Below are positions 8,117 to 17,254 of a stretch of DNA of 20,000 nt, one piece after another. The stretch is from sequence record SRR20825006_492; one strand, given 5' to 3'. Numbering within the stretch: the first letter of the stretch is position 1; the number at the start of each line of letters is the position of its first letter. Below the pieces are notes generated by a model that ran no database searches, was not told the origin of the DNA, and saw nothing but the letters and a program-made list of their open reading frames with translations. Made by a program: the position numbers and the translations under genes.

Positions 8117-9299
8117 AGAACAACTGCCTCCTGTCTCGGTTATGTTTCGAGATATTGAGAAGAATGCCAACCATCAATCCAGTAAAAAGCATACTTGTTC
8201 CGCCATAGCTCACAAAAGGCATTGGCAAACCTGTTACGGGAAGTAAACCACTTGCCACACCAGCGTTTACATAGCCGAATAATACGATGGTGAGTGTGCA
8301 ACCTATCGCAAGTAAGGTTCCTAAATTATCTTCCGCTCGTTTAGATATATAAACTACGCCACGGAATAGAATGAGAGTGAAAAAGAAAATCAAAGTGAGT
8401 GCACCAACCATGCCGTACTCTTCTGCGATAATTGCAAAGATAAAATCGTTATAGGGAGCTGGGAGAAAATCTCGTTGCGTACTTTTTCCAATTCCGACGC
8501 CCATCAATTCGCCTTTGGCAATGGCAATCTGCGCTTGTTGGGCTTGATAACCTCTTCCTTGAAGAATCTCGGCACTCTCTATGTCTTTAATCTGACGAAC
8601 ATATTCATCTATTCTACTTTGGCGCACCTCAGATTGACCTAAAAGAATCGAACCGCCTAAAACGGCTAGAATAACAAGTGAACCAAGTTGTACAACACTT
8701 GCTCTACCAATAAACATAACAATTAAGCAAATGCTCATAAGGAGCCCTGCGCTACTAAAATCTTGAATTCCTATGAGACCACAAGTAACAATCACCCAAA
8801 ACATAATAGGGAGGAAGGTCTTTTTAAAATCTTTGATATAATCCTGTTTCTCAGCTAAGAGAACACAAACGTGTAAAATCAGAGCAACCGATGCAAAGGT
8901 AGACGGTTGGAATGTAAATCCACCTACATTCAGCCAACGTTTTGCACCAAACTGTGCAGTACCAAATACAAGTACAGAAATCAAGAGTATCCAGCTCAAA
9001 ACCATACCTAAACGACTGAATTTAGCTAGAGTATGGTAATTGATTTTTGAGACAAGAAGCATCACTACAAACGCGATACCAAGCTTGATGATGTGCCCAG
9101 TAACTAATTGGAATGCTGTTGTAGACTTAGACTCTGCGAAGTAAGCAATAGATGAATACACAGCAAGAATCCCGAAAATCATAAGCATAATAACCGACAT
9201 TAACAGAACGCGGTCGCTACCTTGCGTTTTTGTATCGATATCTTCAGGGCTTGTACCCAAGATGCTCTTAATGTTTCTATTTGGACTGGTGTGTAACAT
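8109..9299 (-). CDS. ftsW: SEDS family peptidoglycan polymerase FtsW
   Basis: About 10 TM helices; GAKRW, FQPS, LPAPYNDFIFAIIAEEYG and PVTGLPMPFVSYGGTS motifs; lies between murD and murG. Confidence 0.97.
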   Translation of the reverse strand: MLHTSPNRNIKSILGTSPEDIDTKTQGSDRVLLMSVIMLMIFGILAVYSSIAYFAESKSTTAFQLVTGHIIKLGIAFVVMLLVSKINYHTLAKFSRLGMVLSWILLISVLVFGTAQFGAKRWLNVGGFTFQPSTFASVALILHVCVLLAEKQDYIKDFKKTFLPIMFWVIVTCGLIGIQDFSSAGLLMSICLIVMFIGRASVVQLGSLVILAVLGGSILLGQSEVRQSRIDEYVRQIKDIESAEILQGRGYQAQQAQIAIAKGELMGVGIGKSTQRDFLPAPYNDFIFAIIAEEYGMVGALTLIFFFTLILFRGVVYISKRAEDNLGTLLAIGCTLTIVLFGYVNAGVASGLLPVTGLPMPFVSYGGTSMLFTGLMVGILLNISKHNRDRRQLFYA

Positions 9300-9310
9300 G
9301 TATTCTTTTT

Positions 9311-9335
9311 TCGAAGCTTTTTGTTAAAGCTTCAA
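9311..9335 (-). other. Intergenic stem-loop between murD and ftsW
   Basis: GAAGCTTT (9313-9320) / AAAGCTTC (9326-9333) is a perfect 8-bp stem with a 5-nt loop, extendable to 10 bp with a G-U pair on the minus strand. No downstream U-tract on either strand. Confidence 0.55.
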
Positions 9336-9340
9336 CTCGG

Positions 9341-10696
9341 TTAGATTTTGTTTACTTCTTCTTTAAATACTCTTCCGCGATGTTCGTAATCGTCGAACAT
9401 GTCGAAGGAAGAGCAAGCTGGACTTAACAGTACAATTTCTCCACGTTTTGCTACTTTCTTCGCCACTTTTACAGCAGCCCACATATTTTCGGCAGTAACA
9501 AAGTTGGGTACAGCACTTCCTAATTGTTCTTCAATTCTACTTTTAGATTCTCCGATGGCAATAATGGTGTGAACTTTCTCTTTAACCTGATCTAATAATT
9601 CGGTGTAGTCATTTCCTTTATCTCGGCCACCAAGAATTAATGTCATAGGCTCGTTAAAACTATCTAAAGCGAACCAAACAGCATTTACATTCGTAGCTTT
9701 GCTATCGTTAATGTATTTCACGCCATCTACAATGCGTACAATCTCTAAACGATGCTCAACTCCGACAAAAGTTTTTAAACTCTCTCTAATAGCTTCATTC
9801 TTAATTTCAGCGGCGCGGGCAGCAAGTGCCGTAGCTAAACCATTACTTAGATTATGTCGTCCATTTAATCCTATCTCGTGCACTGCCATCAGAGGTTCTT
9901 CCTTATTGTTGAATTTGAAGATAATTTGTTCGTCGCGTACAAAGGCTCCTTCAGAAACCTCGTTGATATTAGAAAAAGCCCATAATTTTGGAGCGTTTTC
10001 TTTCTGTTTTAGCGCTTCAACGTGATTGCGAATGAGTGGGTCGTCGTAGTTGAAGATGAACCAACTGTTTTTGTCTTGGTTCTCAGATATTCTGAATTTT
10101 GATGCTGCATAAGCTTCTAAACTATTTCCATACCTGTTTAAATGATCTGGAGTAATGTTTAGTAACAAGCTTATAGTAGGCTTAAAAGTCTCTATGTGGT
10201 CGAGTTGGAATGAACTCACCTCAAGTATAAAGTCATTGTGTTCAGCTTTTACTTTCTCTGAGAAAGCAAAGCCGATATTGCCAGCAAGCGAATAGTCACG
10301 ATTTGCATGCTTCCAAACGTCAGCAATCCATGAGGTAACTGTGGTTTTTCCGTTACTTCCAGTTATTGCAATAATATCATTACTAGTGAACCAACTGGCT
10401 ACTTCAATTTCAGAAAACACTTTTTTCTGCTTATTCAGATAATGCTGAATAATTGGAGCCTCAGTGGGTACGCCAGGACTTACCACCGCAAAGTCGGCAT
10501 CAAATGCACGTTGGGTATGGCCGTTTTCTTCAAACTCAATGTTAGCAACAGTAAGGCGTAATTTTTGATGCTCTCCAATTTTTCCGAAATCAGACACAAA
10601 GATGTTAGCTCCTTCTTGTTGAAGGAGAATGGCTGCGGCAACACCACTTCTAGCTGCACCAATCACGACGATATGTTTATCCCTCACAGTCATCAT
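9341..10696 (-). CDS. murD: UDP-N-acetylmuramoyl-L-alanine--D-glutamate ligase
   Basis: VVSPGVP, AITGSNGKTT, LEVSSFQL, NDSKATN and LLSPACSSFD motifs. Confidence 0.99.
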   Translation of the reverse strand: MMTVRDKHIVVIGAARSGVAAAILLQQEGANIFVSDFGKIGEHQKLRLTVANIEFEENGHTQRAFDADFAVVSPGVPTEAPIIQHYLNKQKKVFSEIEVASWFTSNDIIAITGSNGKTTVTSWIADVWKHANRDYSLAGNIGFAFSEKVKAEHNDFILEVSSFQLDHIETFKPTISLLLNITPDHLNRYGNSLEAYAASKFRISENQDKNSWFIFNYDDPLIRNHVEALKQKENAPKLWAFSNINEVSEGAFVRDEQIIFKFNNKEEPLMAVHEIGLNGRHNLSNGLATALAARAAEIKNEAIRESLKTFVGVEHRLEIVRIVDGVKYINDSKATNVNAVWFALDSFNEPMTLILGGRDKGNDYTELLDQVKEKVHTIIAIGESKSRIEEQLGSAVPNFVTAENMWAAVKVAKKVAKRGEIVLLSPACSSFDMFDDYEHRGRVFKEEVNKI

Positions 10697-11826
10697 CGTA
10701 TTTTGAGTGTTAGAAGACTAATAATGGCAAGCATGACTGTTATAATCCAAAAACGAACCACAATTTTTTGTTCCGACCAGCCTTTCTTTTCAAAATGATG
10801 ATGGATCGGAGTCATCAGAAAGACTCGTTTTCCTTCTCCATACTTCTTTTTGGTGTACTTGAAGTAAGTTGTTTGAATAATTACCGAAAGTGTTTCGAAA
10901 AAGAATACTCCACAAACAAAGGGTAACAGAAGTTCTTTGTGAAGCATCAATGCTAATGCGCCGAAGATTCCACCAAGAGCTAATGAGCCTGTATCTCCCA
11001 TAAATACGGAGGCAGGATTACTGTTATACCATAAAAAGCCCATGCACGCGCCTACTAAAGCGGCACAGAAAATAGTGAGTTCGCCGGCGCCAGGTAAATA
11101 CATGATGTCGAGGAACTGAGAAAAATCTGTACGACCAGATACGTATGCAAAAATTGCGAAAACGAAGCCACAAATCGCTGAGATTCCTGAAGCGAGTCCA
11201 TCTAAACCATCAGTTAAATTTGTGGCATTACTAACTGCTGTAATTACAAAAATGGCTACAGGGATATAGATAAGCCACCCAAGCTCCACACCTAAGAATG
11301 CGTAATCAATGTTTACATTCTTAACAAATGGAACGGTAGAAAGTGTATTTACATCGGCGAAGTTAGGATGGAAATAAAGCGTTGTTCCAACTACTAAACC
11401 AACTACAACCTGTCCAGCAATTTTAAAACGTCCTGCAAGGCCGCTCTTGTCTTTCTTAACTACTTTGATATAGTCATCGATAAAACCTACTAAGCCAAGC
11501 GCAATGGTCACAAAAACGATTAATAGCGCATAAACACTATCCATCTTCATAAAAAGAACAGCAGGGATAAGCACTGCAAGTATAATGATGACACCACCCA
11601 TTGAAGGTGTTCCCGCTTTGGATTGATGATCTAAGCCAACATCATCTCTTATAACTTCTTTAAGTTGCATGCTACTTAGCCACTTAATAATTCGATGGCC
11701 AATAATTAAACTTATTAGCAAAGAAGTAACAGCAGCTAAACCTGTTCTTGTTGAGATATATGCAAAAGCTCCTGTACCAGGAACATCGTAGGTTTGGTCT
11801 AGCCAATAGAATAATTCAAACAGCAT
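10693..11826 (-). CDS. mraY: Phospho-N-acetylmuramoyl-pentapeptide transferase
   Basis: KAGTPSMGG, GFIDDYIK, NATNLTDGLDGL, FMGDTGS and PIHHHFE motifs; multi-TM. Confidence 0.99.
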   Translation of the reverse strand: MLFELFYWLDQTYDVPGTGAFAYISTRTGLAAVTSLLISLIIGHRIIKWLSSMQLKEVIRDDVGLDHQSKAGTPSMGGVIIILAVLIPAVLFMKMDSVYALLIVFVTIALGLVGFIDDYIKVVKKDKSGLAGRFKIAGQVVVGLVVGTTLYFHPNFADVNTLSTVPFVKNVNIDYAFLGVELGWLIYIPVAIFVITAVSNATNLTDGLDGLASGISAICGFVFAIFAYVSGRTDFSQFLDIMYLPGAGELTIFCAALVGACMGFLWYNSNPASVFMGDTGSLALGGIFGALALMLHKELLLPFVCGVFFFETLSVIIQTTYFKYTKKKYGEGKRVFLMTPIHHHFEKKGWSEQKIVVRFWIITVMLAIISLLTLKIR

Positions 11827-13286
11827 TAAAGGCCCCCTTCATTTTTGAGGTGAAGTGCTTTTCTAGCAACCACACGATCGTCGAAAGGATGTCGAACTCC
11901 ATTAACCTCTTGGTAATCCTCATGACCTTTTCCAGCAATGAGAACAATGTCGTTATTCGAAGCTCTTACAATGGCCTCATTTATAGCTTCTTCTCTAAGA
12001 GTAAAACTAGTAACGTTCTTTGTCTCAGAAAAACCTTGAAGGATATCAGCAATTATTAAATCTGGATTTTCTCTTCTAGGGTTGTCGCTAGTAACTATAA
12101 TCTGATCAGCTAGACGTTCACAAACTTCAGCCATTTCAGGGCGTTTTGTTGTATCTCTATCTCCACCAGCACCAAATACTACATACAATTGTTGGTTCTG
12201 GTTTTTAAGTTCTTTTAGTGTTTTAAGTACATTCTCAAGAGCATCGGGAGTGTGAGCGTAATCCACAATTACTTTTGGTGCATCAAAATCTACATCAATG
12301 CTTTCCATTCTACCTGCAGCACCTATAGAGCTGTTTAAAGCGGATGTAATATCTTTTTCAGCTATTTCAAGTGCAGAAGCTATCAGAAAAGCTTGAGCTA
12401 CATTGTATGCGTTGAAAGTTCCAATAAGTGGCGTTCTTATTTCGGTTCCATTAATAGAAATCACCAAACCATTTTGTGAACTGGAGATGATAGACGCATT
12501 ACTATTATTAAACCCAAAAGGCATTGCTTTAGCTTTGGTATCGCATAGCATATGTCTCCCAAAAGCATCATCAGTATTTACTACGGCAGTTGTAGATTCA
12601 GAAAGTCCATCGAAAAGCAATTTTTTGGCATTAGCGTATTCTTCTAATGTTTCGTGATAATCTAGATGATCGTGACTCAAGTTTGTGAATGCAGCTACAG
12701 AGAAATCAATTCCTCCAACGCGCTGCTGGTGCAATGCATGTGAAGAGACTTCCATTACTAAGTACTCAGAGCCTGCATCAACCATAGCTCGCATATCAGC
12801 GGCTAGTTCAATTGGATCTGAAGTGGTGAGTTTACTTTCTAATACTTCATCATTAATAACTTTAGAAACGGTTCCTAAAAGAGATGCTTTTCTACCAACA
12901 GCGGTTAGTATTTGATATACAAGTGTAGCGGTAGTGGTTTTGCCATTCGTTCCTGTAATACCAATTACAGTTAATTCCTTAGCAGGATTTCCTTCAAATT
13001 GTTGAGATAGTGGGCCAATGAGTGATCTAGTGTTTTCAACTTCTATCACACAAACTCCAGGCGCATCTGTGTAGAAAGACTCTTCACAAATTAAAACTTT
13101 TGCTCCTCTATGAATAGCATCTTCCAAAAAGAGATGTCCGTCTACTTCAGTGCCTCTAATAGCAATAAAAACTGCTCCATCGGTTACTTGTCGAGAATTT
13201 TGGACAAGCGGACCAATTTCACCCTCCGGTTTTGTACGGGAGACATCAAGTGGATTAACCAGCTCTATGAGTTCTTTAATAGTCAA
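11826..13286 (-). CDS. murE: UDP-MurNAc-L-Ala-D-Glu--meso-diaminopimelate ligase
   Basis: GITGTNGKTT, MEVSSH, DHLDYH, VDYAHTPD and AGKGHE motifs. The DNPR motif indicates meso-DAP specificity. The TTG start directly abuts the ftsI stop. Confidence 0.98.
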   Translation of the reverse strand: MTIKELIELVNPLDVSRTKPEGEIGPLVQNSRQVTDGAVFIAIRGTEVDGHLFLEDAIHRGAKVLICEESFYTDAPGVCVIEVENTRSLIGPLSQQFEGNPAKELTVIGITGTNGKTTTATLVYQILTAVGRKASLLGTVSKVINDEVLESKLTTSDPIELAADMRAMVDAGSEYLVMEVSSHALHQQRVGGIDFSVAAFTNLSHDHLDYHETLEEYANAKKLLFDGLSESTTAVVNTDDAFGRHMLCDTKAKAMPFGFNNSNASIISSSQNGLVISINGTEIRTPLIGTFNAYNVAQAFLIASALEIAEKDITSALNSSIGAAGRMESIDVDFDAPKVIVDYAHTPDALENVLKTLKELKNQNQQLYVVFGAGGDRDTTKRPEMAEVCERLADQIIVTSDNPRRENPDLIIADILQGFSETKNVTSFTLREEAINEAIVRASNNDIVLIAGKGHEDYQEVNGVRHPFDDRVVARKALHLKNEGGL

Positions 13287-15443
13287 TTATCTTTTATCCG
13301 ATTGAGATACAAATTCTAGTGATTTCGCTTTACCACGTAAAGTTATAGTGCTGTTTAAGCGCATTTTTTCTCCCTTGAGAGGAAATTGAGCATAAACGGT
13401 TCCAGAGCCAATCATTTTGGTATTAAAGCCAAGTTCACCAAGTAAATTATTGGCAGCTCGCATATTCATTCCACGTAACTCAGGAACTATTACAATCCCT
13501 TTATTTGTGCTTGCACTATCAGCGGGAACATAGGTTTCAGAAAGGGTGAGAATAATTTTATGTCCAGCCTCAATGGGGTTTCCAGCTTCAATACTTTGAC
13601 TAACTATAGAGCCAGTTTTTCCTTTAAATTTAAATGGGATATCGAGTTCGCCCAATAGGTATTCGGATTGATTTTTTTCTAAACCGACTAAACTCGGTAC
13701 ACGAACAACCTCTTCAGCATCTTGTTCCGCTTGAGTCAAATTGCGTTGAATATCATTATCTAAACCGGCAATTCTCTTAGTAGTTTCTCTAAAAATTGGC
13801 GCGGCAACTACGCCACCGTATCCACTTGTCTTTGGCTCGTTAAGCATGATTAAGCAAACATATTTGGGGTCATCAACGGGGAAAAACCCTATAAATGAAG
13901 CTAAATATCTATTGGTATAGCGGCCGTCAACAACTTTCTTAGCGGTTCCTGTTTTACCCGCAATTCTGAGTCCGTTAATCTGAGCAGCGTCTCCAGTTCC
14001 AGAATCACTAACTACACTTTCAAAAACAGGTAGTAATTTCTTTAACGTACTTTCTTTGGCAACTCTTCTAATTTCTGTAGGCTCGTTTCTAAGAATTACT
14101 TCTCCATTTTCATTCTCAATATAATCTACAACGTAAGGGCGCATCATAATGCCCTTATTCGCAAAAGCTGAATAGGCTTGAGCTACTTGAAGCGGTGTTG
14201 CAAGAACCTCATAACCATGCGACATCCACGGTAAACTAACTAAACTCCAGTCGTAGGGCTTTTTTAAAGAACCAGCTACTTCTCCAGATAAATCAATCTG
14301 TGTTTCGGAACCAAACCCAAGATTTCTAACATATTGATAGAATACTTTAGGCTTTAAACGCATCGCAATTTCAGCAGTTGCCACATTTGAAGACTTCTGT
14401 ATAACCTGCTGGAAGTTGATGTTTCCGAGTGGATCATGATCTCGTAATGTGAGGCCATGAATTTGAACCTCACCATTAGCTGGCGTTTCAAAAATCTCAT
14501 TAAAATCTACTACATTTTGCTCAACGGCAGCAATAGCAGTTATTAACTTGAACGTTGAGCCAGGCTCAACCATATCAGAAATAGCAAAATTTCTACGATT
14601 TATATCTTCATCATTTCCTGGGAAATTAGGATCATAAGTTGGGTAATTAGCCATCGCTTTAATAGCGCCTGTCCTAGGGTCAATAATTATTCCTGTTCCA
14701 TACAGTGAGGATGTTTTCTCAACTCCATTTTTTAATTCATCTTCTAGGATGGCTTGGATATAAGAATCGATAGTAGTGTGAAGCGAATTTCCATTTTCTG
14801 GAAGTTTTTTGGGAGCGCCCACATAGGCTGAAATTCTATTTCTAGGATCGCGTCTCACTTGTTGTAGGCCATCAGCACCTTTTAGCTCGTCGTTGTAATA
14901 AGCTTCAAGCCCGATTCTACCATCAGTGTTATGGTTTACAAAGCCTAAGGTGTGAGCTGCTAAACTGCCAAAAGTATATTTTCTACGGAAACTCTCTTCA
15001 ATTATTACACCCTTAATATTCAAATTTTTGATAACATCTCGAGCAACAGGCGAAAGGTTTTTTGCTAGGATGATATATCTAGAGCGAGAAGGCGCACTTT
15101 TAATTTTGTTGTTAAAATCTGATAGTGGCTGCTTTGTTACAGTAGCAAGAGTTTTAGTAAGCTCGTTAATCTGAGCTTTAGAAAGCCCGTCAATTTTTGG
15201 ATCGAGCGCAATTTGGTAGTTGGCAGCGTTTGTAGCTAACAAAGTGCCGTTCACATCATAAATATTACCGCGCTGAGCAGGTATTGGAATAGAATCTATC
15301 GCTTGTTGACTCCAAAGCGTACGCAGCTCATCACCATTCAGGTAATTTATCCTGAAAAGCTGAAACGCAAGTACACAAGGAATGAGCAAAAGTAGCCCAA
15401 ACACAAGAAACATACGGCTCAATATGGCTGTTCTATCCGTCAT
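13287..15443 (-). CDS. ftsI: Class B penicillin-binding protein (FtsI/PBP3-type) with two C-terminal PASTA domains
   Basis: N-terminal TM, RGNIYD, catalytic STFK / SSN / KTGT motifs. Two PASTA-like repeats start at VPSLVGL and VPELRGM. Confidence 0.95.
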   Translation of the reverse strand: MTDRTAILSRMFLVFGLLLLIPCVLAFQLFRINYLNGDELRTLWSQQAIDSIPIPAQRGNIYDVNGTLLATNAANYQIALDPKIDGLSKAQINELTKTLATVTKQPLSDFNNKIKSAPSRSRYIILAKNLSPVARDVIKNLNIKGVIIEESFRRKYTFGSLAAHTLGFVNHNTDGRIGLEAYYNDELKGADGLQQVRRDPRNRISAYVGAPKKLPENGNSLHTTIDSYIQAILEDELKNGVEKTSSLYGTGIIIDPRTGAIKAMANYPTYDPNFPGNDEDINRRNFAISDMVEPGSTFKLITAIAAVEQNVVDFNEIFETPANGEVQIHGLTLRDHDPLGNINFQQVIQKSSNVATAEIAMRLKPKVFYQYVRNLGFGSETQIDLSGEVAGSLKKPYDWSLVSLPWMSHGYEVLATPLQVAQAYSAFANKGIMMRPYVVDYIENENGEVILRNEPTEIRRVAKESTLKKLLPVFESVVSDSGTGDAAQINGLRIAGKTGTAKKVVDGRYTNRYLASFIGFFPVDDPKYVCLIMLNEPKTSGYGGVVAAPIFRETTKRIAGLDNDIQRNLTQAEQDAEEVVRVPSLVGLEKNQSEYLLGELDIPFKFKGKTGSIVSQSIEAGNPIEAGHKIILTLSETYVPADSASTNKGIVIVPELRGMNMRAANNLLGELGFNTKMIGSGTVYAQFPLKGEKMRLNSTITLRGKAKSLEFVSQSDKR

Positions 15444-15859
15444 TAATCATTTATAGTTATTACTTTATCTGCTGGTCCACCATTTACAAAGCCTGCTTGT
15501 TCAGCATTTCTGTAAATATCTGCTGGCCCAACCATTTTGTCGTACTGTAATTTTAAAGCATCATGTTTACTTCGCGCTTTGTTGAACTCTACTTCCAGAA
15601 TTTGAACTTCTTCTAAGAGGCTCTGTGTAGCAAAAACGTGTGTCAAATACATGAATCCGAACACGCCAGCTATTACAGATGCCAAAATTACTTTCCAAGG
15701 TTTGATGTCTTGGATTCTGCTTTTTACAGAACTTGATTTTACTTTAGTAGCGGTTCTTTTGCTTGTATGGGATGGAGTTGGGGACTCTACATTTGGCTTA
15801 TGAACTCTACGAAGGTTAGGTCGAGTTTCACGCTTACGAAGTGGTGATTGAACGATCAT
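15443..15859 (-). CDS. ftsL: Probable FtsL-like cell division protein
   Basis: Lies between rsmH and ftsI. Basic N-terminus, single TM (VILASVIAGVFGFMYL), then a heptad coiled coil. GGAGG SD at 15866-15870. Called from synteny and topology rather than strong homology. Confidence 0.7.
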   Translation of the reverse strand: MIVQSPLRKRETRPNLRRVHKPNVESPTPSHTSKRTATKVKSSSVKSRIQDIKPWKVILASVIAGVFGFMYLTHVFATQSLLEEVQILEVEFNKARSKHDALKLQYDKMVGPADIYRNAEQAGFVNGGPADKVITIND

Positions 15860-16782
15860 TTTTTACCTCCATCTACTTTTTCAGCAATTCGAAGTTTAGC
15901 GCTTCTAGCTGCTGCATTACGAGCTACTTCTTCGTCACTTGGAGTGATGATTTGACGATTTATAGCTCTAATTGGGGAAATTACGTTTCCGTAAAAATCT
16001 TTTTCAATCTCGCCTTCTAAATTTCCAGCTTTGAAAAATTTCTTAACAATTCGATCTTCTAGTGAATGGTACGACATCACTACAATACGTCCTTCAGGTT
16101 TTAGCAATTCGAGTGATTGCTCTAAAACACTTTTTAAAACATCTAATTCACGATTCACTTCAATTCTAATTCCTTGAAATACTCTTGCCAAGGACTTAAT
16201 TGCAAATTTGGGACTTACAACACCTTTAATAACTTTGGCAAGTTGACCAGTGGTGTCAATAGGGCGAGCTTCGATAATAGCTTTGGCAATTTCCTTGCTA
16301 CCACGTTCTTCACCATAATGGAAAATAACATCACGTAATGCTTCGTATTCGTAGTTATTCACTACTTGATAAGCAGAAACACCGGATAAATTACCCATAC
16401 GCATATCCAAAGGACCATCTTCTTGGAAACTAAACCCTCGTTCAGCTTCTTTAATTTGATGTGTGGATACACCGAGATCTAATAAAATTCCAGAAACCTG
16501 ACCTATCGTTTGGGGAGGTAGGAGAGTAGTCAAGTATCCAAAGTTTCCTTTTACAGGAATAAAACGGGTATCATCACCAATGCGTGCTTTGGCTGCAGCA
16601 TGAGCTTCGTCATCTTGATCCACTCCGTAAAGTGTGGCCTCAGGTCCTATTAAAGAAAGAATTTCCTTTGCATGTCCGCCTCCGCCTAAAGTTCCGTCTA
16701 CATAAATGCCATTCTCATCAGTGATGAGGGCATCCATACATTCGTGTAGCATAACAGGGAAATGCTCATGATAAATTTTCAT
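15856..16782 (-). CDS. rsmH: 16S rRNA m4C1402 methyltransferase RsmH (MraW)
   Basis: HFPVMLHE, DGTLGGGGH, DLGVS, PLDMRM, SYHSLEDR and RSAKLR motifs. AGGAG SD at 16789-16793. Confidence 0.99.
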   Translation of the reverse strand: MKIYHEHFPVMLHECMDALITDENGIYVDGTLGGGGHAKEILSLIGPEATLYGVDQDDEAHAAAKARIGDDTRFIPVKGNFGYLTTLLPPQTIGQVSGILLDLGVSTHQIKEAERGFSFQEDGPLDMRMGNLSGVSAYQVVNNYEYEALRDVIFHYGEERGSKEIAKAIIEARPIDTTGQLAKVIKGVVSPKFAIKSLARVFQGIRIEVNRELDVLKSVLEQSLELLKPEGRIVVMSYHSLEDRIVKKFFKAGNLEGEIEKDFYGNVISPIRAINRQIITPSDEEVARNAAARSAKLRIAEKVDGGKK

Positions 16783-16783
16783 C

Positions 16784-17254
16784 TTAAGCTCCTTCGCCTT
16801 GATTATTATTACCTAGAACCTGCTCAAAAATTTCTTCAATCGATTCTGGACTCATATTTTCATCTGCTTCATTAAGCTTTTCGGGAGACCATATTTCGAT
16901 ATATTCTCCCATACCAATAAAAACAACTTTTGAATCTATGCCTGAGTAGGTGAGATGATCTGTGGGGATGGCAATTCGATTCTGTTTGTCGAGGGAGGCA
17001 TCTTCTGCAAAACGTAGGAAGTAACGCTTAGCTAAACGGCCGTTTTTACTGAAAGAATTAATGTGAGAAAGCTTGTCTTCAACAAGTTCCCACTCATTTT
17101 CTGGGTATAGATACAGGCATTCTTCGGTTTGACCACGTACTACTGTGAAGCGGTCTTGTGCGTCGGGACTGAGATTTTTACGCAGTTTGGCAGGGAAGGC
17201 TACACGACCTTTTTCGTCTATACTATGCTCGTATTGTCCTTTAAAGCTAGGCAC
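16784..17254 (-). CDS. mraZ: dcw cluster transcriptional repressor MraZ
   Basis: FKGQYEHSIDEKGR and LDKQNRI (two DxxxR SpoVT/AbrB repeats), IEIW. Start reassigned to GTG 17254 (MPSFKGQY, 156 aa), because the ORF-track start at 17326 falls inside the operator boxes. Confidence 0.97.
   Translation of the reverse strand: MPSFKGQYEHSIDEKGRVAFPAKLRKNLSPDAQDRFTVVRGQTEECLYLYPENEWELVEDKLSHINSFSKNGRLAKRYFLRFAEDASLDKQNRIAIPTDHLTYSGIDSKVVFIGMGEYIEIWSPEKLNEADENMSPESIEEIFEQVLGNNNQGEGA

Noticed and set aside
8117-8170. 18-aa N-terminal extension of MurG
   Set aside because: It would overlap ftsW by 62 nt. ATG 8116 has a strong SD and fits the normal MurG N-terminus.
2404-13319. Many plus-strand ORFs of 60-152 aa (e.g. 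2404-2862, 3034-3255, 9699-10025, 12403-12657) and the minus-strand ORF 10480-10662
   Set aside because: They are antisense or alternate-frame shadows of well-conserved dcw genes, with no protein motifs.
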